DNA of 64,000 nt from a virus (lineage: Duplodnaviria > Caudoviricetes), in the IMG/VR virus record IMGVR_UViG_3300017912_001009, positions 25,816-89,815 of that record; one strand, written 5' to 3'. The notes under the pieces were generated by a model. The model was not told where the DNA came from and searched no databases. It saw only the letters and a list, made by a program, of their open reading frames with translations. The translations under genes were made by a program, and so were the position numbers. Numbering within the stretch: position 1 is the first letter of the stretch; the number at the start of each line of letters is the position of its first letter. Shown here one piece after another: positions 26,103 to 34,387 of the stretch.

Positions 26103-26846
26103 TCACTCTTCTTCTGAAGAGGCTTTGTCTCTTGCTTCTCTCAGCATCTCAATGACTGAGGGCTTACATTCTGATGAGTGTTTAGCAACAACATCGAAGT
26201 TGCAAGAGATGATTGGTTCTTCTTCTGATGATTTATCGAATGTCTCCGAGTAGAATACACTCTCAAAGACAGATTGTATCTTCCCCATCAGTGGTGTGGG
26301 TAAGTCAACCAAATGCTGTTCAATAACATCAGCCTTCTGAACTCTCTCAGTTGTCCATTCAGCAGTAAATGTCAACTTACAAGTGTATGAGTATGCTGTA
26401 AAATCAACGAATAGTTTGACGTTTGCCTCTCCTACATCATTCTCAGAAACGATGTGGAACTTCTGAGAGTAAGAACCAAGATGATATGGAGCATCCAAGT
26501 AAAGGATTGTGCTTCCACGCCATTGTGGGTCAACAACTACTTCTGAGACTATCTCACTGACATCAGGCTCTTCATTAACTTCAATGCCTTGTGCTACTAG
26601 TTGGTTTATGACTGCTTGAGCATCGCTTCGATAGTTGAAGACCAATTCACCGTTATACATCACAACAGTATATTTGCTGTCAGTTTTTTCAACAGTCTCA
26701 GATTCATAGGATGGTATCTCAATATCCCAATTGTCCAAGTTGATTATGTTGTGCTTGAACAACTCAAGGTTAAGGAGTTCCTTCTCACTGCTGTTAAACC
26801 CGAATGGGTAAGATATCTCCACTGTTCTCTTGTGCCTCTGACTCAT
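26103..26846 (-). CDS. Hypothetical acidic protein
   Basis: ORF track; ATGA-coupled to upstream gene. Confidence 0.65.
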   Translation of the reverse strand: MSQRHKRTVEISYPFGFNSSEKELLNLELFKHNIINLDNWDIEIPSYESETVEKTDSKYTVVMYNGELVFNYRSDAQAVINQLVAQGIEVNEEPDVSEIVSEVVVDPQWRGSTILYLDAPYHLGSYSQKFHIVSENDVGEANVKLFVDFTAYSYTCKLTFTAEWTTERVQKADVIEQHLVDLPTPLMGKIQSVFESVFYSETFDKSSEEEPIISCNFDVVAKHSSECKPSVIEMLREARDKASSEEE

Positions 26847-27022
26847 TCAATCAACTCCTGTATGTTTGAGAGTCCTGCTCTCAACTCTGCTATCGCTAGG
26901 GATAAGTCATCACCACGAACCTTGAGGCTCTTGATGATAAGAACATGGTCAGAGCCTGATTTGGCATGACCAAGTTCCACTTCATAGGCGGGCATTTGTA
27001 TGGGTACTTGTTGGGCTTCCAT
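26843..27022 (-). CDS. Hypothetical protein, probably leaderless
   Basis: ATG 27022 lies 27 nt from the CATAAG box. Confidence 0.55.
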   Translation of the reverse strand: MEAQQVPIQMPAYEVELGHAKSGSDHVLIIKSLKVRGDDLSLAIAELRAGLSNIQELIE

Positions 27023-27141
27023 GCCCTTACAGATTATCATCACCTTATGAGGTAGTGACGCTGCGCTACGAAAGTTCCACTACCATATGGTTGTCATACT
27101 TTGGAATCTCGGACTACCTCAAAGACCGCAAAAAGCGGTCT
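27022..27141 (-). promoter_or_regulatory. Promoter cassette A: hairpin + palindrome + CATAAGGTGATG box
   Basis: Hairpin AGACCGC/GCGGTCT 27123-27141; AAAGT-N6-ACCATATGGT-N6-ACTTT centred 27082-27091; box from 27049; ATG at +27. Confidence 0.75.
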
Positions 27142-27177
27142 AAGAGTGCAGTCGCAGAGGTGCAGAGGGTCACTTAA

Positions 27178-27645
27178 TCAGTTATCCCCCTTGTGAGCCG
27201 ATACGAAGCCCGACTCAAGTTTGTTGATGAGAACATTCCTAATCATGTTCTCGTTGCTTCCCCATGTAGTGATAGGGACACCATCTTCCTTCTTTCCTGC
27301 GAAGGTTGTATGGTAGTTGTATGCGTCTTCATGGAAAGCACTCAATAGTACATCCATGTCAACCATTGAAGCCCAAAGTGCTTGGTCTTCAGCAGACAGT
27401 CTCGCAACGCCGGATGCTCGGCTTCCGCCTCTCCTTCCGTTTAGTGGGCTGTCTGAGTAATCTGCTAGTAAATCCTTGATGCTCTTGGATAGCCTAACTT
27501 GGTCTCTAGGGCTGTTAGTCCCTTTTGCAATCCATTTCTTTGCCATGTTCGCAGTGAACATGTCATCGGGGTCTTCCGATGCAGTCAATTGTTCAACGTA
27601 GTTAACTACGGTCTCGCTAAATTCATTCCAGTTTTCCAATGCCAT
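27178..27645 (-). CDS. Hypothetical protein
   Basis: ORF track; own GGAGA RBS after a hairpin 5' leader. Confidence 0.65.
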   Translation of the reverse strand: MALENWNEFSETVVNYVEQLTASEDPDDMFTANMAKKWIAKGTNSPRDQVRLSKSIKDLLADYSDSPLNGRRGGSRASGVARLSAEDQALWASMVDMDVLLSAFHEDAYNYHTTFAGKKEDGVPITTWGSNENMIRNVLINKLESGFVSAHKGDN

Positions 27646-27687
27646 TCTTTTTCATCTCCATTCAAGTGTGTCGCACCTCTACGACTA

Positions 27688-27804
27688 CAACCTTACCCTT
27701 ATTCATCACCTTATAGGGTAGCCGTGACGAAAGTTTGTCTACCATATGGTGTGAACTTTGTCTGAGACACCTCAAGGGGTAGAGAGGACAGCCCCGAAGG
27801 ACTG
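27688..27804 (-). promoter_or_regulatory. Promoter cassette B
   Basis: cUUCGg hairpin 27789-27804; ACCATATGGT 27741-27750; TATAAGGTGATG from 27715; predicted +1 G at 27688. Confidence 0.75.
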
Positions 27805-27897
27805 CCCCCTCATTCAAATAACTCAATAATGAGAGGCTTCTTTCTAATCTGCCGTTCTTAACCTGCCCATTATACTCAATTATTGAGCCTGTTGAGT

Positions 27898-28191
27898 TTA
27901 AAAATCTTGAATTATTATTGAGTTGTCGCATTCAATGACTTGTGTGTAATCTCTGAGGTCTTCAAGGTCTTCAAGGTCTTTACCGTATTCCTCGTTTATC
28001 TCCTTGAGGTCTTTGTATTCTGAGAAGTCACAACATAGAGCGATAACGTCAAACTCGATTTCTTCACCTATATCATCCTCTAACTCAATAAGATAATCAT
28101 AGAGACATTGAAGGCCGTTCCTGCTGAAGTTATCGGGGCGTATCTTCATGAATCCATCTATAAAATCGTATTCGGTTACATTCTGCTTCAT
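27898..28191 (-). CDS. Hypothetical acidic protein, probably leaderless
   Basis: ATG 28191 lies 27 nt from the box at 28218. Confidence 0.65.
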   Translation of the reverse strand: MKQNVTEYDFIDGFMKIRPDNFSRNGLQCLYDYLIELEDDIGEEIEFDVIALCCDFSEYKDLKEINEEYGKDLEDLEDLRDYTQVIECDNSIIIQDF

Positions 28192-28288
28192 GACCTTATG
28201 GTTTCACATCACCTTATGAGGTATGCTTCCGAAAGTATGCCTACCATATGGTGGGAACTTTGTAGCGTAGCGCACACCCCGAAGGGTG
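28191..28288 (-). promoter_or_regulatory. Promoter cassette C
   Basis: cUUCGg hairpin 28275-28288; ACCATATGGT 28243-28252; CATAAGGTGATG from 28218. Confidence 0.75.
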
Positions 28289-28295
28289 GCTTACG

Positions 28296-28619
28296 TCAAT
28301 CATCTAGAACATGAGGGTCATCAATTCCTTCGATGTATTCATCTACATTGATGGATACCCATCTAGACTTATTGCATTCATAACAAGTGAAATTAGCCTG
28401 AACATCATAGTATTCAGAAACCAATGTATCTCCTGCTTTCTTGGGTATGGCAAAAGCACCAAAGGCACCCTTTGGGATTGAGACAACAACTCTTGAGTTT
28501 TCTATGAAAATCTCTCCATGTAGACAACTGGCTTGTCTCTCTTCTGTTGCTAAATCAGAATAGTAATCTGCTAACATTTCAGCATCCTTCTCTGCTCGGT
28601 GGTCGAAGTCATCGCTCAT
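28296..28619 (-). CDS. Hypothetical protein (CYEC)
   Basis: ORF track; ATGA coupling. Confidence 0.55.
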   Translation of the reverse strand: MSDDFDHRAEKDAEMLADYYSDLATEERQASCLHGEIFIENSRVVVSIPKGAFGAFAIPKKAGDTLVSEYYDVQANFTCYECNKSRWVSINVDEYIEGIDDPHVLDD

Positions 28620-28879
28620 TCCTCTTCCTCCAGAAAATTGAAGTCATCATCTTGCCAACGCAGGTTCATGTGACCATTCTTCCAATTTACGCTTTCCAAA
28701 TCAGTCTCATTATCGAATTCGTGAACCGTGCCGTCCTTCATCTCGATGCACAAAGTAGCCCACTTGACCCACCAATCAACGATGTCCTCGCGGTTGATGT
28801 CATTGTCTATCCAAATCGTGTGATACAATGTGTATTCCATCGTGAGTGTTGTCGCATCTTTTGGTATTTTGCTAGTCAT
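28616..28879 (-). CDS. Hypothetical protein
   Basis: ORF track; ATGA coupling. Confidence 0.55.
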   Translation of the reverse strand: MTSKIPKDATTLTMEYTLYHTIWIDNDINREDIVDWWVKWATLCIEMKDGTVHEFDNETDLESVNWKNGHMNLRWQDDDFNFLEEEE

Positions 28880-29289
28880 GCTTCATCCCCCATTATTTCC
28901 TGTCTCATTGCTTTTGAAACTCTGCTAACGACATCCTCTTGACCACGCCTGAAAGACCAATCGTTGATGGGTATGACATCACAGTAAGAGTCTCCACTCA
29001 TCATTATTGATATAGTCTGTGAATTGCCATCCTTCTTGAAATCCATATTGGAATGCTCATGGTTCAATGCTTCGTATGCCATAGTCTCGTAATCGTCAAT
29101 CGCTATACCGCCTTGAATGAGACAGTTATCTCTTCCATCCCAGTATGGAAATAGAGAACCTATTGTAAAACCCTCTTCCTCAACCATTCTCCTGATGAAT
29201 TCCTTCAAGTTTCCACCAAACCTTGGATTGTAGTAAGGTCTGTCTTCATCATCCATTTCGTATTTAGCCCACTTGTGTCTATCACTCAT
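28876..29289 (-). CDS. Hypothetical protein, probably leaderless
   Basis: ATG 29289 (MSDRHKW) lies 27 nt from the box at 29316. Confidence 0.6.
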   Translation of the reverse strand: MSDRHKWAKYEMDDEDRPYYNPRFGGNLKEFIRRMVEEEGFTIGSLFPYWDGRDNCLIQGGIAIDDYETMAYEALNHEHSNMDFKKDGNSQTISIMMSGDSYCDVIPINDWSFRRGQEDVVSRVSKAMRQEIMGDEA

Positions 29290-29355
29290 ACCCTTCCCAT
29301 TTTTCATCACCTTATGAGGTTAGAGCGAGCAAAGTTGTCTAACCATATGGTTGTG
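29289..29355 (-). promoter_or_regulatory. Promoter cassette D
   Basis: ACCATATGGT 29342-29351; CATAAGGTGATG from 29316. Confidence 0.75.
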
Positions 29356-29416
29356 TTAAAATCAGACTTTACGCATAACAGTAGTTTTTGCGGTGGTCAG
29401 TATGGGTGGTGGACAG

Positions 29417-29446
29417 TTTATAAGGTGATGAATGCGGATAGGGTTG
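29417..29446 (+). promoter_or_regulatory. Divergent plus-strand copy of the core promoter box
   Basis: TTTATAAGGTGATG-N9-AGGGTT-G with predicted +1 at 29446. Confidence 0.65.
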
Positions 29447-29589
29447 ATTTGATTCAGTTGTGGTTTTTCATTGGCTGAGTCTTATTTGTGCAGTAGTTTC
29501 TATACCCGCTTTTATTCGACAATCGCTAGTTGTCCTTACTAATTACTACCGTAAACTACTATCACATCAAAGGGTATCAATCACATTCC

Positions 29590-29950
29590 CTATATGTATA
29601 TTATATCATATATGTCATATGGATATCTTATGACGTATGATGATATCACATATCGTAGTGTAATTACAACATTTCCTATATTCTCATATTTTATCGTATT
29701 TTATCATCGAGTGAGAAAATTGAAATGTGCGAAAACGTGCTGGAAATGTTGATTTTATTGAATATTATCATTTTATCATTATTATCATCATCTATACTAC
29801 TACTACTATGTTACATACTCTACTCTCTCTCTCCTATGGAGAGCGTGATAAAATTGAGAAAATGATAAAATAGGCGAAAAGTGCAACACTGCTCTAAAGT
29901 TGTATTTTCTCATTGGCTGATAATATATGATAATAAATGATAAAAACACA
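29590..29950. repeat. AT-rich region with inverted TTATCA/TGATAA arrays (origin or terminus candidate)
   Basis: TTATC(A/G) at 29691, 29701, 29765, 29773, 29782; TGATAA at 29846, 29863, 29918, 29928, 29938; lies at the strand switch. Confidence 0.55.
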
Positions 29951-29967
29951 AACAGGTTGGAAATAAC

Positions 29968-30288
29968 ATGACAGAAGAAAAGAGTAATTGGGGTGCGAAG
30001 ACACCAAGCAAAACAGAAGACGAAATGACAGACTCTCAGCGAAGGATTGCTGAAGTTTGCGAAGAAATGAAGACGATGCTTCTTCAGAAGAACAGACAGT
30101 ATGGAGATTCAGTGTTGAATCCCAAGAGGTTCTTCTCACAGGCATCGCAAGATGAGCAAATCAAAGTCAGAATCGATGACAAGTTGAACAGGCTTGTTCT
30201 CGGTAATGACTCACTAGAATCAGATGATGATATCATCAAGGACTTGATAGGATATCTGACTCTGCTCCTTGTTTACAGGAGTCAATAG
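29968..30288 (+). CDS. DUF1599/nucleotide-modification-associated domain 1 protein (MazG-like helical fold)
   Basis: LLQKNRQYGDS..VRIDDKLNRL..IKDLIGY pattern. Confidence 0.75.
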   Translation: MTEEKSNWGAKTPSKTEDEMTDSQRRIAEVCEEMKTMLLQKNRQYGDSVLNPKRFFSQASQDEQIKVRIDDKLNRLVLGNDSLESDDDIIKDLIGYLTLLLVYRSQ

Positions 30289-30294
30289 TAAACA

Positions 30295-30800
30295 TAACAC
30301 ACTCCATCAACGTTCGTAGAACCAAGAAACTCTTAGCGGGGTTTCGGTGAACGTGGAGACTTCAGGGGTTTCCGAAGTAAAAAACGAGAAAGATACTAGG
30401 GTTATGATAGAAGCAAAGAACGTCAAATCTAGCGATGAGATTAGTAGTTGTGGAAAACGGGTTCGTTCGATGAGACTTGGTTCACAGTTCCAAGTCGTGG
30501 AACAATCGAGTGGCTTTGCGCTATAAAAAATAAAGCAGGTTAATCCGGTCTAGTAAATAATATTGGCAATGTGTTCTACCATATTGCAGTTCCCTACCCG
30601 TTGGTACAGGCACAGGACTGACTCGTTTCCCCTTTACATTCAAACATCGGTTTACTGCGGTAAAAAAAGCGAATCAATAGCAGTGATGGGATTCATCTCC
30701 CCCATGCTTTTATCCGATATCACGCTCCAAGTCGGTTTGAGTCCGACAAGAGCAGAGTTTTACTACGAGTAAAAAAGACAAACGTGCTTGGCTAATCAGT
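30295..30800 (+). ncRNA. Candidate structured non-coding RNA or leader
   Basis: No convincing ORF; at least seven stems, several needing G-U pairs on the plus strand. Confidence 0.4.
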
Positions 30801-30873
30801 CGTGTGGTTGTAGTTGAGGCTGTGGCGGTCTCTGTCTTTCTCTGCGATTACATTCAATTAACAATAGGAGGAA

Positions 30874-31452
30874 ATGAAAATGAATATATTTACTTTAGAT
30901 GAAAGCCCAAGAAAGAGTGCAGAACTAATGTTGGATAAGCATGTAGTCAAGATGCCAACTGAGAGTTTGCAGATGTTGTTTACGATAGTTGACCATCTAG
31001 GTTTGGAAGCAGGTTGGAGACCTGTGATGTTGAATCATCCATCTACCATTTGGGCTAGAGAGACACGACAGAACTTCCAGTGGTTGCGTGAGCATACCTA
31101 TGCATTGTGTCATGAGTATACTCACAGGTATGGTAGGATTCACAAGGTCGAAGTCCTGATGAATCAGTATTCGACACAGATGGATGAGGCAGAGATGCTT
31201 CTTCCTGATGATGGTCTTACACCGTTCGCTATTGCTATCTCTCCTCACATGGAGTGTAGGAAGGCAGATGGTTTTGATGAGATGACAACTATCGAGAAGT
31301 ATCGACAATACTATCTTGATGACAAGTGGCGATTCGCTGCTTGGACTAAGAGAAAAGAACCGGAGTGGTGGCCGGAAGACCACTACCTAAACAAGTCCTT
31401 TGAATATGAACAAGAGGCAAATGCCTTGCTAACGAGGTTGGGATTAATATGA
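30874..31452 (+). CDS. denV: Pyrimidine-dimer DNA glycosylase (T4 endonuclease V-like family)
   Basis: MNIFTLDESP..DKHVVKMPTESLQML..NHPSTIWAR..YRQYY pattern. Confidence 0.8.
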   Translation: MKMNIFTLDESPRKSAELMLDKHVVKMPTESLQMLFTIVDHLGLEAGWRPVMLNHPSTIWARETRQNFQWLREHTYALCHEYTHRYGRIHKVEVLMNQYSTQMDEAEMLLPDDGLTPFAIAISPHMECRKADGFDEMTTIEKYRQYYLDDKWRFAAWTKRKEPEWWPEDHYLNKSFEYEQEANALLTRLGLI

Positions 31453-31615
31453 GTATAATTAGGGTAATGAGAGGAAAGGAAGATTGTGGTGTTTGTCACG
31501 GAACTGGAACGGCAGTTTTACAAACCGCAGATGGGGAGAAAGAACCTGTCCCTTGTCTGTGTAGGTGTGAGCCTGACTATGGTGAGTGGCTGGCAATGCA
31601 TGGAATTGAAGAAGA

Positions 31616-31906
31616 ATGAAAGGGCATATCAGATTCACTAATGGTATTGTATCTGTTCAAGAGATGCAAGCGTTTACTTGGCGACCATTAGATGAGGATG
31701 ACCCTTTGATGGATAGATTCAGGAATAAGGAACACGGTCATATTGAGCGTTTCTTTAGCATCCTGATATTCCTTCGTGGTGGTCAGAAGTTTATGACTGC
31801 CACAACACAGAACAACTTGAATGATATGATAAAGAGGTTCAAGCATTTGAATAAAGGTGTAATGTATGAATATAATAATGAAAATATGGGGGCGGAAAGC
31901 CCTTGA
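31616..31906 (+). CDS. Hypothetical protein
   Basis: ORF track. Confidence 0.5.
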   Translation: MKGHIRFTNGIVSVQEMQAFTWRPLDEDDPLMDRFRNKEHGHIERFFSILIFLRGGQKFMTATTQNNLNDMIKRFKHLNKGVMYEYNNENMGAESP

Positions 31907-32180
31907 AGACGAGTATAATGATTTGACCAACTGTACTCTCGATGTCACTAAGATGTATTATGGTGAAACATATGAGAGTATCATAGACTTGGCAGGAACG
32001 CCAAGCATTAACTTTCTTCTGAGAAAGGAACGTATCTACGAAGAGATACTGAAGAAGAAGAGAGTAGAAAGAATCTTGATGGCAATCGTCAATCTAATTG
32101 GTAAAACTACCATGTCGATTGGTGGTTTCCTTCAAGCGTTGATTCCCAAAGACGAATTTGATGGGAGGTATAGTAAATGA
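31866..32180 (+). CDS. Hypothetical protein
   Basis: ORF track. Confidence 0.5.
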   Translation: MNIIMKIWGRKALEDEYNDLTNCTLDVTKMYYGETYESIIDLAGTPSINFLLRKERIYEEILKKKRVERILMAIVNLIGKTTMSIGGFLQALIPKDEFDGRYSK

Positions 32181-32349
32181 AAGAAGTAATGGAAATAATG
32201 AAGATAAAAATGAAAGATATGAAAGACGCAGTGTTCGGTAAGAGGCCGGACATCATGAAAGACCCTGCACACTGGCGAAGAGTGTTTTGGAGGGCTAGTC
32301 ATGAGAAGTCTCTACGAATGTTAGAAGAGACCGAAAGACAAGGATATGA

Positions 32350-32607
32350 GTGGTGATGAAAATGGATACAGTAGAATTTAGATTAGTGAATGACCCGACA
32401 ATGCCACCGATAATCATAACGATGGATGAGAACGATATGCCGAAAGTGGTTCTGAATGCAGAACACAGAGTTTGGCTATCACTGCATCGTAAGACCATTG
32501 GTGGTTGTGCAGAAGCACTGTTTGGAAAGATAAACGAACTTCTCTCTGCCTTACTAGCAGAACAGAGAGGTTATGAATTAATGGATAGAACTGATGAGCA
32601 TGAGTAA
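32350..32607 (+). CDS. Hypothetical protein
   Basis: ORF track. Confidence 0.55.
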   Translation: MVMKMDTVEFRLVNDPTMPPIIITMDENDMPKVVLNAEHRVWLSLHRKTIGGCAEALFGKINELLSALLAEQRGYELMDRTDEHE

Positions 32608-32715
32608 AGAGATTGGAAGATGTGCAGGTTGTGGAAGGATGGGAGTTCTGTGGAAGTCCTTCACTGGAAGGGGTGTCTTCTGCAAAGCATGTTCCAAGAA
32701 AGAGTATGTAGGTGA

Positions 32716-33870
32716 GTGAAAATGGATATACCAAGAGAAGCAATAGAATTGACAATGGAAAGAGAAGACTACGTTACAGCGAAGAGAGAACTAGGAAATG
32801 GTAGGTGGGATAGGAAACTGAGGGAGAACATGGTTGCTCTTTCAGTTGCTGATAACTACGATGAAGCAAAGCATGAGTGGATTGCAACAGGGGAAGTTTG
32901 GTGGCAAGGGATTGGGACTCCAAGACCTGATTGGGCATTGGACCATCCTAACAAGTGCTTGTGTGAGCATCACATAGTTTACCACTTTGAGATTCACAAT
33001 ACCGAGACTGATGTTAGAGAGTGTGTTGGTTCAGACCACATCAACTCGTACATGATTCTCAGGGCTATTGTTGAAGAGACAGGCATGAGTGAAGATGCGA
33101 TTACTGAAGACATGATTCAAGAATGGATTGATGTTAGGGTAGCCGCTCTAATCAAGGATGCTTGGTGGAGACATAATGGTGAAGACTTTGAGAAGGCATT
33201 CAACGAGGTTAAGGAACTTGATTTGAGAATTAACGTTCGTAGAACTGGCAAGAAGGTGTATGACCAATCTCTAGGGATTGCGGTTGATGAGACCAAGATT
33301 CGCAAGAAAGGTAGAGGCACTCCCGGCACAAGAGAGTACGAGATGGCTTCTATCGTTTGGAGATGGAATCATCCTGATAACCCGAAGGCTCAGATTAACA
33401 CAAGGGGATATCCCAACGACAAACTGCTGACAGACTTGGATATCTTTCACATATTGATAGACAGACACAAGGCTACTGTCGCAGCAGAGGATGAAGCGAT
33501 GGAGTCTCAGAAGTTGAAGAACGAAGAGTATCGAAAGCAGATTTCAATCAGGAACAGTGTCCTTCGTGAGAAGAAGGAACATGAGTTCCGTGAGTCCTGT
33601 GAGTATTTCGACATTCCAGTATTCTCCTCTGACATGGGTATCAATCAATGGGAGAAGAGGTTCTTGACTGACATGGAAAGCAGAGTAATCAGGCGGAGAG
33701 AACTGTCACCACGACAAGTTTCTAAATTGAAGACCATAATCAGTCGCTACAATGATAAGCCAACTGAACGTCAGGTGAATTACCTGCGCTCATTGGGCTA
33801 CGAAGGTAATACTGAGGGGTTGACGAAGGGAGAGGTCTCTAAGTTGATTGATGAACAAAAGGAGGTATGA
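32716..33870 (+). CDS. Hypothetical protein with metal-binding CLCEH..VGSDH motif and small C-terminal helical domain
   Basis: CLCEHHIVYHFEIHN..CVGSDHI; PTERQVNYLRSLG..LTKGEVSKLID. Confidence 0.6.
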   Translation: MKMDIPREAIELTMEREDYVTAKRELGNGRWDRKLRENMVALSVADNYDEAKHEWIATGEVWWQGIGTPRPDWALDHPNKCLCEHHIVYHFEIHNTETDVRECVGSDHINSYMILRAIVEETGMSEDAITEDMIQEWIDVRVAALIKDAWWRHNGEDFEKAFNEVKELDLRINVRRTGKKVYDQSLGIAVDETKIRKKGRGTPGTREYEMASIVWRWNHPDNPKAQINTRGYPNDKLLTDLDIFHILIDRHKATVAAEDEAMESQKLKNEEYRKQISIRNSVLREKKEHEFRESCEYFDIPVFSSDMGINQWEKRFLTDMESRVIRRRELSPRQVSKLKTIISRYNDKPTERQVNYLRSLGYEGNTEGLTKGEVSKLIDEQKEV

Positions 33871-34070
33871 AAATGACAAAGAAAAGTGAAAAGAAAGAAA
33901 CGAAAGAAGAAACGCCTGTGGTTGATGAGAAGGATGCAAGAATTGCAGACCTCACCACTCAACTACAACAGGTGATGCAGGTAGCAAACAACCATATTGC
34001 TCTCTGCAAAGAATATGAAAAGACAATCGCTATTCTGTCCGGTAGAATCCGGGCTTTGAATGGTGATTAA
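33867..34070 (+). CDS. Small coiled-coil protein
   Basis: ORF track. Confidence 0.55.
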   Translation: MKMTKKSEKKETKEETPVVDEKDARIADLTTQLQQVMQVANNHIALCKEYEKTIAILSGRIRALNGD

Positions 34071-34096
34071 AACTGAATGAAAAAAACAAAGGAGAA

Positions 34097-34303
34097 ATGA
34101 AAATGAAATTGATAATACAGAATGAAACAGGCCATACAACAATGGAAGTGAACGCATCAGGCGTTATCGAGCAGATAAACGACCACCCTACACATTGGGT
34201 GATTGTTGATGACGTTATGGTGATGAGGGAGAACATCCCTGATGTTGATTGGGAAACCGTCAATGAAGTTAGGCTGATGGAAGAAGTCGTAGGCGGCTAC
34301 TGA
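34097..34303 (+). CDS. Ubiquitin-like (ThiS/MoaD/SAMP beta-grasp) protein ending VVGG-Y
   Basis: 68 aa; beta-beta-alpha-beta-beta pattern (KLIIQN, HTTMEV, helix, WVIVDDVMV, EVRLM) and diglycine one residue before the stop. Confidence 0.7.
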   Translation: MKMKLIIQNETGHTTMEVNASGVIEQINDHPTHWVIVDDVMVMRENIPDVDWETVNEVRLMEEVVGGY

Positions 34304-34387
34304 ATCGGTCTTAGATAGTCTTAGCAGTAGTTAGATTGACTGCCGAGTGGGTGCAATGCCCATCTTAAACTCAAAGGAGATGAACAT

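Noticed and set aside
27040-27080. Hammerhead ribozyme in the repeated element (CTTATGAG-stem-GAAA on the plus strand)
   Set aside because: Core reads CUUAUGA rather than CUGANGA, stem II register is inconsistent between copies, and the fixed spacing to starts fits a promoter better.
27662-27931. 89-aa minus ORF spanning cassette B, and 29275..29478 (+) spanning cassette D
   Set aside because: They run through regulatory repeats and have no RBS; likely spurious.
27038-29320. AAGGTGA as RBS with the adjacent ATG as start (ORF-track starts 27043, 29310)
   Set aside because: No spacing between RBS and ATG; in copy C that ATG is followed at once by TGA and in copy B it gives only 14 aa; the +27 ATG is consistent.
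26100-29480. CRISPR array or integron attC array
   Set aside because: Repeats are degenerate, irregularly spaced and separated by whole genes; no cas1/cas2 or tyrosine recombinase in the window.
30295-30870. tRNA, RNase P, SRP or C/D-box RNA
   Set aside because: No T-loop GTTCRA cloverleaf, no RNase P GAGGAAAGTCC, no paired C/D boxes. No tRNA was recognised by eye elsewhere either.
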